From: Alkalilimnicola ehrlichii MLHE-1
Lineage (GTDB): Bacteria > Pseudomonadota > Gammaproteobacteria > Nitrococcales > Halorhodospiraceae
Assembly: GCF_000014785.1 (NCBI RefSeq)
Contig: NC_008340.1
Coordinates: forward strand, 1,140,001-1,172,000
DNA: 32,000 nucleotides
Direction of reading: 5' to 3'
Shown here one piece after another: positions 1 to 8,704 of this stretch (position 1 is its first letter; the number at the start of each line of letters is the position of its first letter). Under the pieces are notes generated by a model. The model was not told where the DNA came from, did not search any database, and saw nothing but the letters and a program-made list of their open reading frames with translations. Both the position numbers and the translations under genes were made by a program.

Positions 1-2109
1 GTCCGGGTCCTCGCAGGCCATGCGCAGCCGGCCACTCTTGAGCTGCTCGACCACATAGTCCTTCGGGTCCTTTCCGGCCTTGGCCGCCTCCTTGGCCACC
101 TCCAGCGGGTTGGCGCCGAGCTGCGGGGCGGAGGGCAGCCAGCCCATGCGCTCCGAGCGGACGTTGAAGTCGATCAGACTGCCCTGGAAGTCCTCTTTGT
201 TGGCCAGCGGCGAGAGCATGTCCGCCACATTCAGCTTCTCGTAGCGCCACTGGTCGGTGTGGGCGTAGAAGAAGGAGGTGGAGTTCATGTGCCGCGGCGG
301 ACGCGCCCAGTCGAGGGCGAAGGCCAGCGGCTGCCAGCCGGTCTGCGGACGCAGCTTCTCCTGGCCGACGTAGTGGGCCCAGCCGCCGCCGCTCTGACCG
401 ATACACCCGCAGAAGACCAGCATGTTGATCACGCTGCGGTAGTTCATGTCCATGTGGTACCAGTGGTTCATGGCGGCACCGATGATGATCATGGACTTGC
501 CACGGGTCTTGTTGGCGTTGTCGGCGAAGCGCCGGGCCACCTTGATCACCTTGTCACGCGGTACACCGGTGATCTGCTCCTGCCAGGCGGGGGTGTAGGG
601 CTTGTTTTCGTCGTAGCTCTTGGGGGTGTTCTCGCAGTCCAGGCCGCGGTCCACGCCGTAGTGGGCGGTGATCAGGTCGTACACCGAGGCGGCCAGCACC
701 TCCTCGCCGTCGGCCAGCTTTATCTTGCGCACCGGCACCTTGCGGTAGATCACCTCCTCCTGGGGGTTGGCGGTGAACCGGCCCAGTTCGTGCTCCTGGC
801 CGCCGAAGTAGGGGAAGCCCACCAGGGCCACCTCGTCGCGGCTGTCCAGGTGCGAGAGCTGCAGCTTCGTCTCCTTGCCGCTGGCTTCCTTCTCCTCCAG
901 GTTCCACTGGCCATCCTCGCCCCAGCGGAAGCCGATGGAGCCATTCGGGACCACCAGTGAGTCGCTCTTCTCGTCCCAGGCGATGGTCTTCCACTCGGGG
1001 TTGTTCTTCTGACCGAGCGCCTTGTCGAGGTCTGACGCCCGCAGAAAGCGGTCGGCCTGGTAGCCCTTGTCGGTCTTCTCCAGACGGACCAGGCAGGGCA
1101 TGTCGGTGTACTGGCGGGCGTAGTCGCGGAAGTAGTCGCTGGGATTGTCCACGTGGAATTCCTTGAGGATCACGTGGCCCAGGGCCATACCCAACGCGGA
1201 GTCGGTGCCCTGCTGGGGGTTCAGCCAGATGTCGCCGAACTTGGAGGCCTCGGAGTAGTCCGGGCAGACGGTGACGATCTCGGTGCCCTTGTACCGTACC
1301 TCGGTCATGAAGTGGGCATCGGGCGTGCGGGTCTGCGGGACGTTGGAACCCCACATCATGATGAAGCCGGCGTTGTACCAGTCGGCTGATTCCGGCACGT
1401 CGGTCTGCTCACCCCAGGTCTGCGGGCTGCTGGGGGGCAGGTCGCAGTACCAGTCGTAGAAGCTCATGCACACGCCGCCGAGCAGTGACATGTAGCGGGA
1501 GCCGGCGGCGTAGCTGACCATGGACATGGCCGGGATCGGAGAAAAGCCGATCACTCGGTCCGGGCCGTGCTCTTTGATGGTGTGGATATTGGCGGAGGCG
1601 ACCAGCTCGTTCACCTCGTCCCAGTCGGAGCGCACCATGTCGCCCAGGCCTCGGCGGCTCTTGTAGAGCTCGGCCTTCTTGGGGTCGCCGACAATGGAGG
1701 CCCAGGCGTCCACCGGGTCTTTGTGCTTCTTGCGCGCCTCGCGCCACATGCGCAGCAGCGTGCCGCGGATCATCGGGTACTTCAGCCGGTTGGCGCTGTA
1801 GATGTACCAGGAGTAGCTGGCGCCACGGCCGCAGCCGCGCGGCTCGTGGTTGGGCAGCTCCGGCCGGGTGCGCGGGTAGTCGGTCTGCTGGGTCTCCCAG
1901 GTGACCAGGCCGTTTTTCACGTAGATCTTCCAGCTGCAGGAGCCGGTGCAGTTCACCCCGTGGGTGGAGCGCACGACCTTGTCGTGCTGCCAGCGGCTGC
2001 GATAGGCATCCTCCCAGCGGCGGGACTCATCCCTGACCTCCCCGTGTCCGCCGGAGAAGCCGTCCTTGACCCGCTTGAAGAAGGTCAGTCGGTCGAGAAA
2101 GTAACTCAT
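1..2109 (-). CDS. narG: Respiratory nitrate reductase alpha subunit NarG, N-terminal 703 codons. The 3' end lies beyond the left window edge.
   Basis: Absent from the ORF track because it runs off the edge. My minus-strand translation from the ATG at 2109 reads MSYFLDRLTFFKRVKDGFSGGHG. Positions 1920-1861 read VKNGLVTWETQQTDYPRTRP, the conserved NarG N-terminal region. Positions 60-1 read DYVVEQLKSGRLRMACEDPD in the same frame. GAGGAG (2118-2123) lies 8 nt upstream of the ATG. No minus-strand ORF ending at 2109 is listed, consistent with a frame open to the edge. Confidence 0.93.
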   Translation of the reverse strand, partial: MSYFLDRLTFFKRVKDGFSGGHGEVRDESRRWEDAYRSRWQHDKVVRSTHGVNCTGSCSWKIYVKNGLVTWETQQTDYPRTRPELPNHEPRGCGRGASYSWYIYSANRLKYPMIRGTLLRMWREARKKHKDPVDAWASIVGDPKKAELYKSRRGLGDMVRSDWDEVNELVASANIHTIKEHGPDRVIGFSPIPAMSMVSYAAGSRYMSLLGGVCMSFYDWYCDLPPSSPQTWGEQTDVPESADWYNAGFIMMWGSNVPQTRTPDAHFMTEVRYKGTEIVTVCPDYSEASKFGDIWLNPQQGTDSALGMALGHVILKEFHVDNPSDYFRDYARQYTDMPCLVRLEKTDKGYQADRFLRASDLDKALGQKNNPEWKTIAWDEKSDSLVVPNGSIGFRWGEDGQWNLEEKEASGKETKLQLSHLDSRDEVALVGFPYFGGQEHELGRFTANPQEEVIYRKVPVRKIKLADGEEVLAASVYDLITAHYGVDRGLDCENTPKSYDENKPYTPAWQEQITGVPRDKVIKVARRFADNANKTRGKSMIIIGAAMNHWYHMDMNYRSVINMLVFCGCIGQSGGGWAHYVGQEKLRPQTGWQPLAFALDWARPPRHMNSTSFFYAHTDQWRYEKLNVADMLSPLANKEDFQGSLIDFNVRSERMGWLPSAPQLGANPLEVAKEAAKAGKDPKDYVVEQLKSGRLRMACEDPD

Positions 2110-2152
2110 GGTGCGGTCTCCTCGCTGAGTCGAATCGTCGATTCGCTGTTAT

Positions 2153-2182
2153 GGCCACCCGGGCCGGAGGGCCCGGGTGGCC
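2153..2182. other. Perfect 13-bp GC stem-loop in the narK2-narG spacer.
   Basis: GGCCACCCGGGCC (2153-2165), loop GGAG, then GGCCCGGGTGGCC (2170-2182), an exact inverted repeat. No T-tract follows on the coding (minus) strand. Confidence 0.7.
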
Positions 2183-2207
2183 TGGCATCGCTAATAGGCC
2201 TGTGTGG

Positions 2208-3863
2208 TCAGGGGTTCTTGATGTAGGCGTTCTTCCGCAGATAGAACCACCAGTTCAGGATCAGGCAGAGGGCGTAGAAGATGGCGAACCCGTACATGGA
2301 CAGCTCCGGCGTGCCCGCCTCGATCTGCTCGCCCATCACGCGCGGGGCGATAAAGGCGCCGTAGGCGGCAACCGCCGAGGTCCAGCCCAACACCGGCCCC
2401 TTCTGGTGCTGGTCGAAGATCACGCCCACGGTGCGGAAGGTGGAACCGTTGCCGATGCCGCTGGCGGCGAAGAGCACAATGAACAGCAGCAGGAAGGGCC
2501 AAAACCAGGTGTTCGGGTCCGGCGAGTTGTAGGCCATCATCATCACCCAGCCGACCGCCGCGGAGGCGATGACCATGACCACCGAGATGGCCTGGGTGAC
2601 GATGGAGCCGCCCACCTTGTCGGACAGCCAACCGCCCACCGGTCGGATCAGCGCGCCCACGAACGGGCCCATCCAGGCAAAGGTGAGGGCGCTGGGGGCG
2701 TTGGGGTTTTCCACCCGCTGGGTGGTGCCGTCGGGCAGGGTCTCCATCAGGCTGCCAAAGATGACCTCAATGGAGAGCGGCAGTGCCGCCGAGAACCCGA
2801 TGAACGATCCGAAGGTCAGAATGTAGAGGACCGTCATCGACCAGGTGTGCTTGTTGCGGAAGATGGCGAATTGCTTCTTGATGTTGGGCTTGATCTCCTC
2901 GCCCGGCATCAGTCGCATCAGCCCCAGGGTGATGAGAATGATCAGCGGCAGGGTGATCCACATGTTCAGCAGCCCCAGGCCCACCGGTGGCGGCAGGAAG
3001 AGGTAGAGGCCGACAGCGGCGGCGATGAAGCCGATACCGTAGAGCGCCAGGATCTTGCCGAAGGCGGCGAACGGGGTCCCCGGGTTGGGGGTGATCGTCC
3101 GCAGGTTGTTCATGCCGAACCAAGTGGCGAAGGCCAGAGGGACCAGCAGCAGCAGCCAGACAAAGGCGGCGTTCTGGATAAAGGTCTCGGTACCGGCCTC
3201 GATGCGACCGATCAATGTGCCGCTGGCCCGCTCCAATACCATCGGATCACCGGCGAGGGCGCCGAAGATGCCCACCGTCATCGCCAGCGGGATGACGATC
3301 TGCATGGTGGTGACGCCGAAGTTGCCCAGCCCCGCATTCAGGCCCAGGGCCAGCCCCTGCTGGCGCTTGGGAAAGAAGGTGGAGATGTTGCTCATCGAGC
3401 AGGCGAAGTTGCCACCGCCGATGCCCGAGAGCAGCGCCAGCGCCTGGAAGACCCACAGCGGCGTCTCCTGGGACTGCAGCGCCAGCCCGGTGCCCAGGGC
3501 GGGTATGATGAGCAGGGAGGTGGTGAGGAAGATGGTGTTCCGCCCGCCGGCGATGCGGATCATGAAGGAGGCCGGGATGCGGAGGGTGGCGCCGGAGAGC
3601 CCGGCGATGGCGGCGAGGGTGAACAACTCGGTGTCCTCAAAGGGAAACCCGAGGTTGCGCATCTGCACCGTGATCATGCCCCACATCAGCCAGATGACGA
3701 AGCCGCACAGCAGGGCGGGGATGGAGATCCACAGGTTCCGATTGGCGACCCGTTTGCCGAAACTCTCCCACTGTTTCTCGTCTTCCGGATCCCAATGTTC
3801 GATGTCTTTGTTGGCTGCCACGATAGTGCTCCTGTCGTTGCCTCTACCCGGATGGGTGACCAT
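2208..3863 (-). CDS. narK2: MFS nitrate/nitrite antiporter, NarK/NarU (NarK2) type.
   Basis: 551-aa track ORF, multi-TM. The N-terminus NRNLWISIPALLCGFVIWLMW resembles E. coli NarK. It lies directly upstream of narG on the same strand. An alternative start is the GTG at 3821, preceded by AGGAG (3829-3833) with a 7-nt spacer. Confidence 0.9.
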   Translation of the reverse strand: MVTHPGRGNDRSTIVAANKDIEHWDPEDEKQWESFGKRVANRNLWISIPALLCGFVIWLMWGMITVQMRNLGFPFEDTELFTLAAIAGLSGATLRIPASFMIRIAGGRNTIFLTTSLLIIPALGTGLALQSQETPLWVFQALALLSGIGGGNFACSMSNISTFFPKRQQGLALGLNAGLGNFGVTTMQIVIPLAMTVGIFGALAGDPMVLERASGTLIGRIEAGTETFIQNAAFVWLLLLVPLAFATWFGMNNLRTITPNPGTPFAAFGKILALYGIGFIAAAVGLYLFLPPPVGLGLLNMWITLPLIILITLGLMRLMPGEEIKPNIKKQFAIFRNKHTWSMTVLYILTFGSFIGFSAALPLSIEVIFGSLMETLPDGTTQRVENPNAPSALTFAWMGPFVGALIRPVGGWLSDKVGGSIVTQAISVVMVIASAAVGWVMMMAYNSPDPNTWFWPFLLLFIVLFAASGIGNGSTFRTVGVIFDQHQKGPVLGWTSAVAAYGAFIAPRVMGEQIEAGTPELSMYGFAIFYALCLILNWWFYLRKNAYIKNP

Positions 3864-3944
3864 GCTTGTGAAGCAAAGCTAATCGCGCCTGGGGGGGCGG
3901 TAAATGGGGTGGGACCGGGTTCGAAAGCCGCGAAAATCGGGCTA

Positions 3945-3970
3945 TACCTCTCTAGAGGTAGAGAGGGGTA
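3945..3970. promoter_or_regulatory. NarL/NarP-type 7-2-7 operator plus a third heptamer, in the narK2/narX divergent control region.
   Basis: TACCTCT (3945-3951), CT, AGAGGTA (3954-3960) is an exact inverted pair matching the heptamer consensus TACYYMT with a 2-bp spacer. AGGGGTA (3964-3970) is the reverse complement of TACCCCT, also a consensus match. Confidence 0.6.
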
Positions 3971-4072
3971 AAAGCGCAAGTGGTTGATTGGAAAGGCAAC
4001 GGAATGCGGTAACTTATCTCTCGGCCCGCTGTCGGAAGGGGCAGTACTATTTAGTGGTAGCACGAGGTTTCC

Positions 4073-6007
4073 ATGGCTATCAGCCGTCTCTACAATCGCC
4101 TGCTCCACCCCACCCTGGCCGGGTCGCTCTTCGCGTTGCTGGTGGGAGTGGCCACCATCGGCTTCCTGGGCATGCTGCATGGGGCGTTCGTCGCCAAAAC
4201 GGCGCAGCATGATGCGGCGGCGATCAACGTGGCCGGGTCCCTGCGCATGCAGTCCTACCGCATTGCCACTACCCTGCTGGACGACCAGGGCCCGCAGGCG
4301 GGTGCCAAGACGTTGGATGCGGAGGTTGCTGCCTTCGAGCGGCGGCTGCACAGCCCGGAGCTGCTGCGACCCATACCGGCAAACCCGGACGACCCGGTTC
4401 GAGAGGCCTGGGAGGAGGTCCACCGGCAGTGGACCACTGAGTTAAAGCCGCTGCTCGTCGATGGGAGCAGCGCCGGTTCGCCGGTCCGCTATCTGGACCA
4501 AGTGGACCGATTCGTGGGCACGGTGGACAACCTGGTCACGGCGGCTCAGTCGGCCGCTGAGGCGCGCATTCACAACTCCCAGTCGGTGCGGGTGCTGGCC
4601 ATGGCGTTGCTCAGTGGCCTGGTGCTGTACGGGCTCTACCGGCTTCACATGCGCCTGGTGCTCCCCGTGCAGCAGTTGAACTACGTGGCCGGTCGCCTGA
4701 TGAAGGGGGATTTCGAGGCCCGCGCCCGCTACCTGCCGAACGATGAGCTGGGCATGTACGCCCGGACCTTCAACAGGATGGCGGACACCCTCACCGATAT
4801 GCAGCGCAGTCTCGCCCACCGGGTGAGCGAGAAGACCGCAGAGCTTCGGCGGCGCAACAGTGCCTTGGAGCTGGTCTACAATGCCAGTCGTGATCTCAGT
4901 GCCGGCGCACTGGAGTCCAGTAACCTCAAGGCGATGCTCGACACCCTGGAGCGGGTGACGGGGCTGGGGCCGCTGAGCATCTGCCTGGCCCAGCCCGGTG
5001 CGGACAAGTCCTTCGAGACCCTCTCCACCTCCGCTGAGAGTCGCCCGGCCCGCTGCAGCGCTCCGGACTGCAAGGGTTGTATGAATGTCGTACCCCGTCA
5101 CGGGGGCGGCGTGGTTTGCCCGGGTATGCTGGCTCTGCCCCTGGAGGACCGGAATGTCCGCTACGGTCTGCTGCAGGTGGAGTACACCCCCGGCGACCAG
5201 CCCAGGGGGTGGCAGCTGCACCTGGCGGAGACGGTGGCCAGCCATATCGCCGCCGCCTGTGCCCGCGAGCGCGAATTGGATGCCGAGCACCGCATTGTGT
5301 TGATGGAGGAGCGGGCGGTGATTGCCAGGGAACTGCACGACTCGCTGGCCCAGGCACTGTCCTACATGAAGATCCAGGTGGCACGGCTGCAGGGGTTGAT
5401 GCGCAAGGAGCACGAACCCGCCCAGCTCGAGGCCATCCTCTCTGAGTTGCGTGATGGGCTCAATTCCGCCTATGAGCAGTTGCGCGAGCTCCTGACCACG
5501 TTCCGCCTGGGGATGGACTCCCCCGGGCTGGAGTCTGCGCTGCGCAAGGCCGTCAAGGAGTTCTCCGAGCGGGGTGATATCCCCATCCGTCTGGACTACC
5601 GTCTGAGCCACTGGCCCTTGAACGCGAACGAGGAGATCCATCTCCTGCAAATCGCGCGTGAGGCGCTGGCGAACGTGGTTCGGCACAGTCAGGCCACCCG
5701 GGCGGACGTGGTGGTGGCCCCGGGGTCGAACCACGACGTGGTGCTGGAAGTCCTCGACAACGGCGTCGGGCTGGCGGCTGTTTCCGAGGAACCGGGGCAC
5801 CACTATGGCACCGCCATCATGCAGGAACGGGCGGAGGGCCTTGGAGGGATGCTGCGACTCGGTAACCGGGCCGGGGGGGGGATGCGGGTGATGCTGACCT
5901 TCCGGCCGGAGTCCATGGCGCGCGCTGTCGCGTTCAGCGCCAGCCAGAACAACAATCAAGGGGTTCAGGATGAGGACATTCGGGGAGCCTATGCAGACTA
6001 CCGCTGA
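4073..6007 (+). CDS. narX: Nitrate/nitrite sensor histidine kinase NarX.
   Basis: 644 aa. Two TM segments flank a periplasmic domain with a P-box-like AAINVAGSLRMQSYRIA. A HAMP region and a central Cys cluster (CSAPDCKGC...VCPG) follow. A HisKA_3 H-box (ARELHDSLAQALSYMKIQ) and an HATPase region (DNGVG) are present. GAGG lies 5 nt upstream of the ATG. Confidence 0.92.
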   Translation: MAISRLYNRLLHPTLAGSLFALLVGVATIGFLGMLHGAFVAKTAQHDAAAINVAGSLRMQSYRIATTLLDDQGPQAGAKTLDAEVAAFERRLHSPELLRPIPANPDDPVREAWEEVHRQWTTELKPLLVDGSSAGSPVRYLDQVDRFVGTVDNLVTAAQSAAEARIHNSQSVRVLAMALLSGLVLYGLYRLHMRLVLPVQQLNYVAGRLMKGDFEARARYLPNDELGMYARTFNRMADTLTDMQRSLAHRVSEKTAELRRRNSALELVYNASRDLSAGALESSNLKAMLDTLERVTGLGPLSICLAQPGADKSFETLSTSAESRPARCSAPDCKGCMNVVPRHGGGVVCPGMLALPLEDRNVRYGLLQVEYTPGDQPRGWQLHLAETVASHIAAACARERELDAEHRIVLMEERAVIARELHDSLAQALSYMKIQVARLQGLMRKEHEPAQLEAILSELRDGLNSAYEQLRELLTTFRLGMDSPGLESALRKAVKEFSERGDIPIRLDYRLSHWPLNANEEIHLLQIAREALANVVRHSQATRADVVVAPGSNHDVVLEVLDNGVGLAAVSEEPGHHYGTAIMQERAEGLGGMLRLGNRAGGGMRVMLTFRPESMARAVAFSASQNNNQGVQDEDIRGAYADYR

Positions 6008-6650
6008 TGCCAAACGTATCTTCCTGGTTGACGACCACCCCCTGTTACGGCGTGGCCTGGGGCAGCTCTTGGAGGCCGAGCCCGACCTGGAGCTGGCCGG
6101 CGAGGCGGGCAGCGGCGAGCAGGCCATGGCCCTGTTGCCTGGATCCGGGGCGGACCTGGTGCTGCTGGACCTCAACATGCGGGGGATGGGCGGTGTGCGG
6201 ACCCTGGAGGCCATCCGGGCGTCCGGCATGAAGCTGCGGGTGGTGGTATTGACCGTCTCCAATGCCGCCGAGGATGTGCATGCGGCGCTGCAGGCCGGTG
6301 CCGATGGGTACCTGCTCAAGGACATGGAGCCCGAGGCGCTTGTCGCTGAGCTGCGTCGTGCCGCCGGCGGTGAGCTGGTGATCTCCCCGGAGCTGGCCTC
6401 GGTACTGGCCCAGGTGCTGACCCGACCCAATCACTCAGCGGCGGACGAACTGCTGGCGGAACTCACCAGTCGAGAGAGCGAGATCCTGCGCCATATCGCG
6501 AAGGGGCAGTCGAACAAGATGATTGCCCGAGATCTGGGCCTGATGGAGGGGACTGTCAAGGTGCATGTCAAGAGCATATTGAAGAAGCTGCGCATGCACT
6601 CCCGGGTGGAGGCGGCTGTCTGGGCCGTCCAGCACGGTTTTGGCAAGTAG
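5970..6650 (+). CDS. narL: Nitrate/nitrite response regulator NarL (REC + LuxR-type HTH).
   Basis: RIFLVDDHPLLRRGL, DLVLLDLNMRGMGG and a C-terminal LTSRESEILRHIAKGQSNKMIARDL...VKVHVKSILKKL. It overlaps the narX 3' end. An alternative start is the ATG at 5991 (MQTTADAKRIFLVDD). Confidence 0.92.
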   Translation: MRTFGEPMQTTADAKRIFLVDDHPLLRRGLGQLLEAEPDLELAGEAGSGEQAMALLPGSGADLVLLDLNMRGMGGVRTLEAIRASGMKLRVVVLTVSNAAEDVHAALQAGADGYLLKDMEPEALVAELRRAAGGELVISPELASVLAQVLTRPNHSAADELLAELTSRESEILRHIAKGQSNKMIARDLGLMEGTVKVHVKSILKKLRMHSRVEAAVWAVQHGFGK

Positions 6651-6652
6651 CG

Positions 6653-6682
6653 CCGCCGGGGGCGCCTTAAGTCCCCCGGCGG
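6653..6682. terminator. GC-rich hairpin between convergent narL and narK1. Possible bidirectional terminator.
   Basis: CCGCCGGGGG (6653-6662), a 10-nt loop, then CCCCCGGCGG (6673-6682). It sits between the narL stop (6650) and the narK1 stop (6695). There is no clear U-tract on either strand. Confidence 0.35.
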
Positions 6683-6694
6683 GCCAGTCGGCGG

Positions 6695-8203
6695 TTATCG
6701 CGCCCAGGCCTTCTGGCGCTCCCGTTTCAGGTCCTCTTCCTCGATCATGCGGTCCACCGATGAGACGTGGTAGTCCTCGGCAAAGGCGCCTTCCGGCTCC
6801 TTCAGCAGGAGCAGGCAGATCAGCCAGCTCAGGAACGCGCCGGTGGCGATGATGAAGAAGAACTGGGTCGGGGTGACGAAGGTGAAGATGGTCAGGTAGA
6901 CCACCGCACCCACATTGCCGTACGCCCCCGCCATGCCCGAGATCTGGCCGGTGATCCGGCGCTTGATCGACGGGATGATCCCGAAGGTCGCCCCCTCTGA
7001 GCCCTGTACGAAGAAGGAGGTGAAGATCGTGATGGCGATGGCAACGATCAGTGGCCAGTTGGAGTCCAACAGGCCCATGAGCACGAAGCCGATACCAATC
7101 CCGAACATGTAGCACAGCATCACGAAGCGCCGGTTGCCCATGCGATCGGAGACCAGGCCGCCCATGGGGCGTGCGACGAGGTTGACGAACGCAAAGGAGG
7201 CGGCGATGGCGCCCGCGGCGGCGGCACCCAGCCCCCAGGTCTGCTCGAAGAACATCGGCAGCATGGAGACCACCGCCAGTTCCGCCCCGAAGTTGGCGAA
7301 GTAGGTACTGTTCAGCGCGATGACGCTGTTGAAGTGGTACTTGTCGTCCTTGGGCACGCCTTTTTTCAGGATCGGGACATTGACCCGGAAGATCTGGACG
7401 ACCTGGTAGAGCACGATGCCGCCGATGACCAGGTACAGGATGGTGGCACCGGTAGTGCTGAGGTAGCCCATCTGTTCGATGCGCCACACCAGGAGAGCAA
7501 GGACGCCCACCAGGGGAAGGGTGCAGATGATCAGCTTGATCATGTCGCCCCAACTGCTGACCTCCATGGCCATGGCGTTACGGGTGCGCTTGTGTGAGGT
7601 GGCGTGCGGGCCGTCGGTGATGGCGAACCAGTAGAAGACCCCGTAACCGGCCATGACCAGGGCACTCACCGCCATGGCCCAGCGCCAGCCGTCCTCACCG
7701 CCGAACAGGGTGAGGGCGATGGTGGGCAGGGTCATCGCGGCCGCGGCCGAACCGAAGTTACCCCAGCCGGCGTAGAAGCCCTCGGCGAAGCCGATATCCC
7801 GGGGCCGGAACCAGAGCGCGGTCATATGAATGCCCACCACGAAGCTGGCGCCTACCGAACTCAACACCAGCCGCGAGATCAGTAGCTGCGTCATGTTGTT
7901 GCCGAAGGCGAACGCCAGCGCCGGCAGGGCCATCAGGATCATCAGGATCGAGAACACCCGGCGCGGGCCGAAGCGGTCCAAGGCCATGCCGACGATGATG
8001 CGGGCGGGGATGGTGAGGGCGACGTTACAGATGGCGAATAATCGGATGTCATCCTGGGTCAACCAGTCCACGCTGCGTAGCATGCTGGTGGCCAGCGGGG
8101 CCATGTTGAACCAGACGTAGAAGGTGATGAAGAACGCAATCCAGGTGAGGTGGAGGGCCTTTATCTCGGGACTGCGAAATTTGAAGACGTCAACGACTTT
8201 CAT
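6695..8203 (-). CDS. narK1: MFS nitrate transporter, NNP family, NarK1/NasA-like.
   Basis: 502 aa, multi-TM. N-terminus SPEIKALHLTWIAFFITFYVWFNMAPL, plus the motif GWGNFG. GGGAGA lies 5 nt upstream of the ATG. It starts 42 bp downstream of the usp stop on the same strand. Confidence 0.88.
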   Translation of the reverse strand: MKVVDVFKFRSPEIKALHLTWIAFFITFYVWFNMAPLATSMLRSVDWLTQDDIRLFAICNVALTIPARIIVGMALDRFGPRRVFSILMILMALPALAFAFGNNMTQLLISRLVLSSVGASFVVGIHMTALWFRPRDIGFAEGFYAGWGNFGSAAAAMTLPTIALTLFGGEDGWRWAMAVSALVMAGYGVFYWFAITDGPHATSHKRTRNAMAMEVSSWGDMIKLIICTLPLVGVLALLVWRIEQMGYLSTTGATILYLVIGGIVLYQVVQIFRVNVPILKKGVPKDDKYHFNSVIALNSTYFANFGAELAVVSMLPMFFEQTWGLGAAAAGAIAASFAFVNLVARPMGGLVSDRMGNRRFVMLCYMFGIGIGFVLMGLLDSNWPLIVAIAITIFTSFFVQGSEGATFGIIPSIKRRITGQISGMAGAYGNVGAVVYLTIFTFVTPTQFFFIIATGAFLSWLICLLLLKEPEGAFAEDYHVSSVDRMIEEEDLKRERQKAWAR

Positions 8204-8245
8204 AGGGGTCTCCCGGGGTCGTGAGGGGGGGCTGCCGGGGCGGGG

Positions 8246-8704
8246 TCAGGGGGCTGGATAGATCAACAACGGACACTCCACCCGCCGGGAGAGAAAGGCG
8301 CTGACGCTGCCAAAGGTCATGTAGTCGAGTTCGTCAACAAAGTAGGTGAGTGACTGGGCGATGATGCCGCCATCGGGCTTGGTGCTGTGGCGGGCGATGA
8401 CCAACAGATCGGGGGTGCGTTTGCGGGTGGCCTCGAGGAGCATCTTCCGGGGGTCTCCCTCGGCGATGATGATCTCGCTCTCGAGCTTTTGTTCGGTGGC
8501 AAACTCCGAGGCCTCCTCCAGGGCGGCCTTGATCTCCTGGTACTCCTCTTGAAAGAGGTCTTCGTTCAGCTCGGTGGAATCCCTCGTCTCCTCGGCCACG
8601 CCGACCAAAAGCAGCTTCGGTCGCAGCCGGTGAAACATGTCGATGGTCTGCGCCAATGCCAGTTTGGCGTTTCGTGAGCCGTCGTAAGCGACCATTATTC
8701 TCAT
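8246..8704 (-). CDS. Universal stress protein (UspA family).
   Basis: 152 aa. MRIMVAYDGS...LLLVGV...PDLLVIARHS...GSVS is the Usp alpha/beta fold pattern. AGGAG lies 7 nt upstream of the ATG. Confidence 0.85.
   Translation of the reverse strand: MRIMVAYDGSRNAKLALAQTIDMFHRLRPKLLLVGVAEETRDSTELNEDLFQEEYQEIKAALEEASEFATEQKLESEIIIAEGDPRKMLLEATRKRTPDLLVIARHSTKPDGGIIAQSLTYFVDELDYMTFGSVSAFLSRRVECPLLIYPAP

Noticed and set aside
2151-3971. 606-aa plus-strand ORF covering the narK2 region.
   Set aside because: It is antisense to a convincing 12-TM transporter gene. The translation is low-complexity and rich in G/D/E/R/H/Q, with no recognisable motifs. This is a typical GC-driven shadow ORF.
3984-3988. 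FNR/ANR box in the narK2/narX control region.
   Set aside because: Only a TTGAT half-site is present. The expected ATCAA partner 4 nt away is missing (TTGAT-TGGA-AAGGC). It is not reportable without a PWM scan.
4442-6430. 662-aa minus-strand ORF opposite narX and narL.
   Set aside because: Shadow ORF. The plus strand encodes textbook NarX and NarL motifs, while the antisense product is R/G/P/A-rich and lacks domains.
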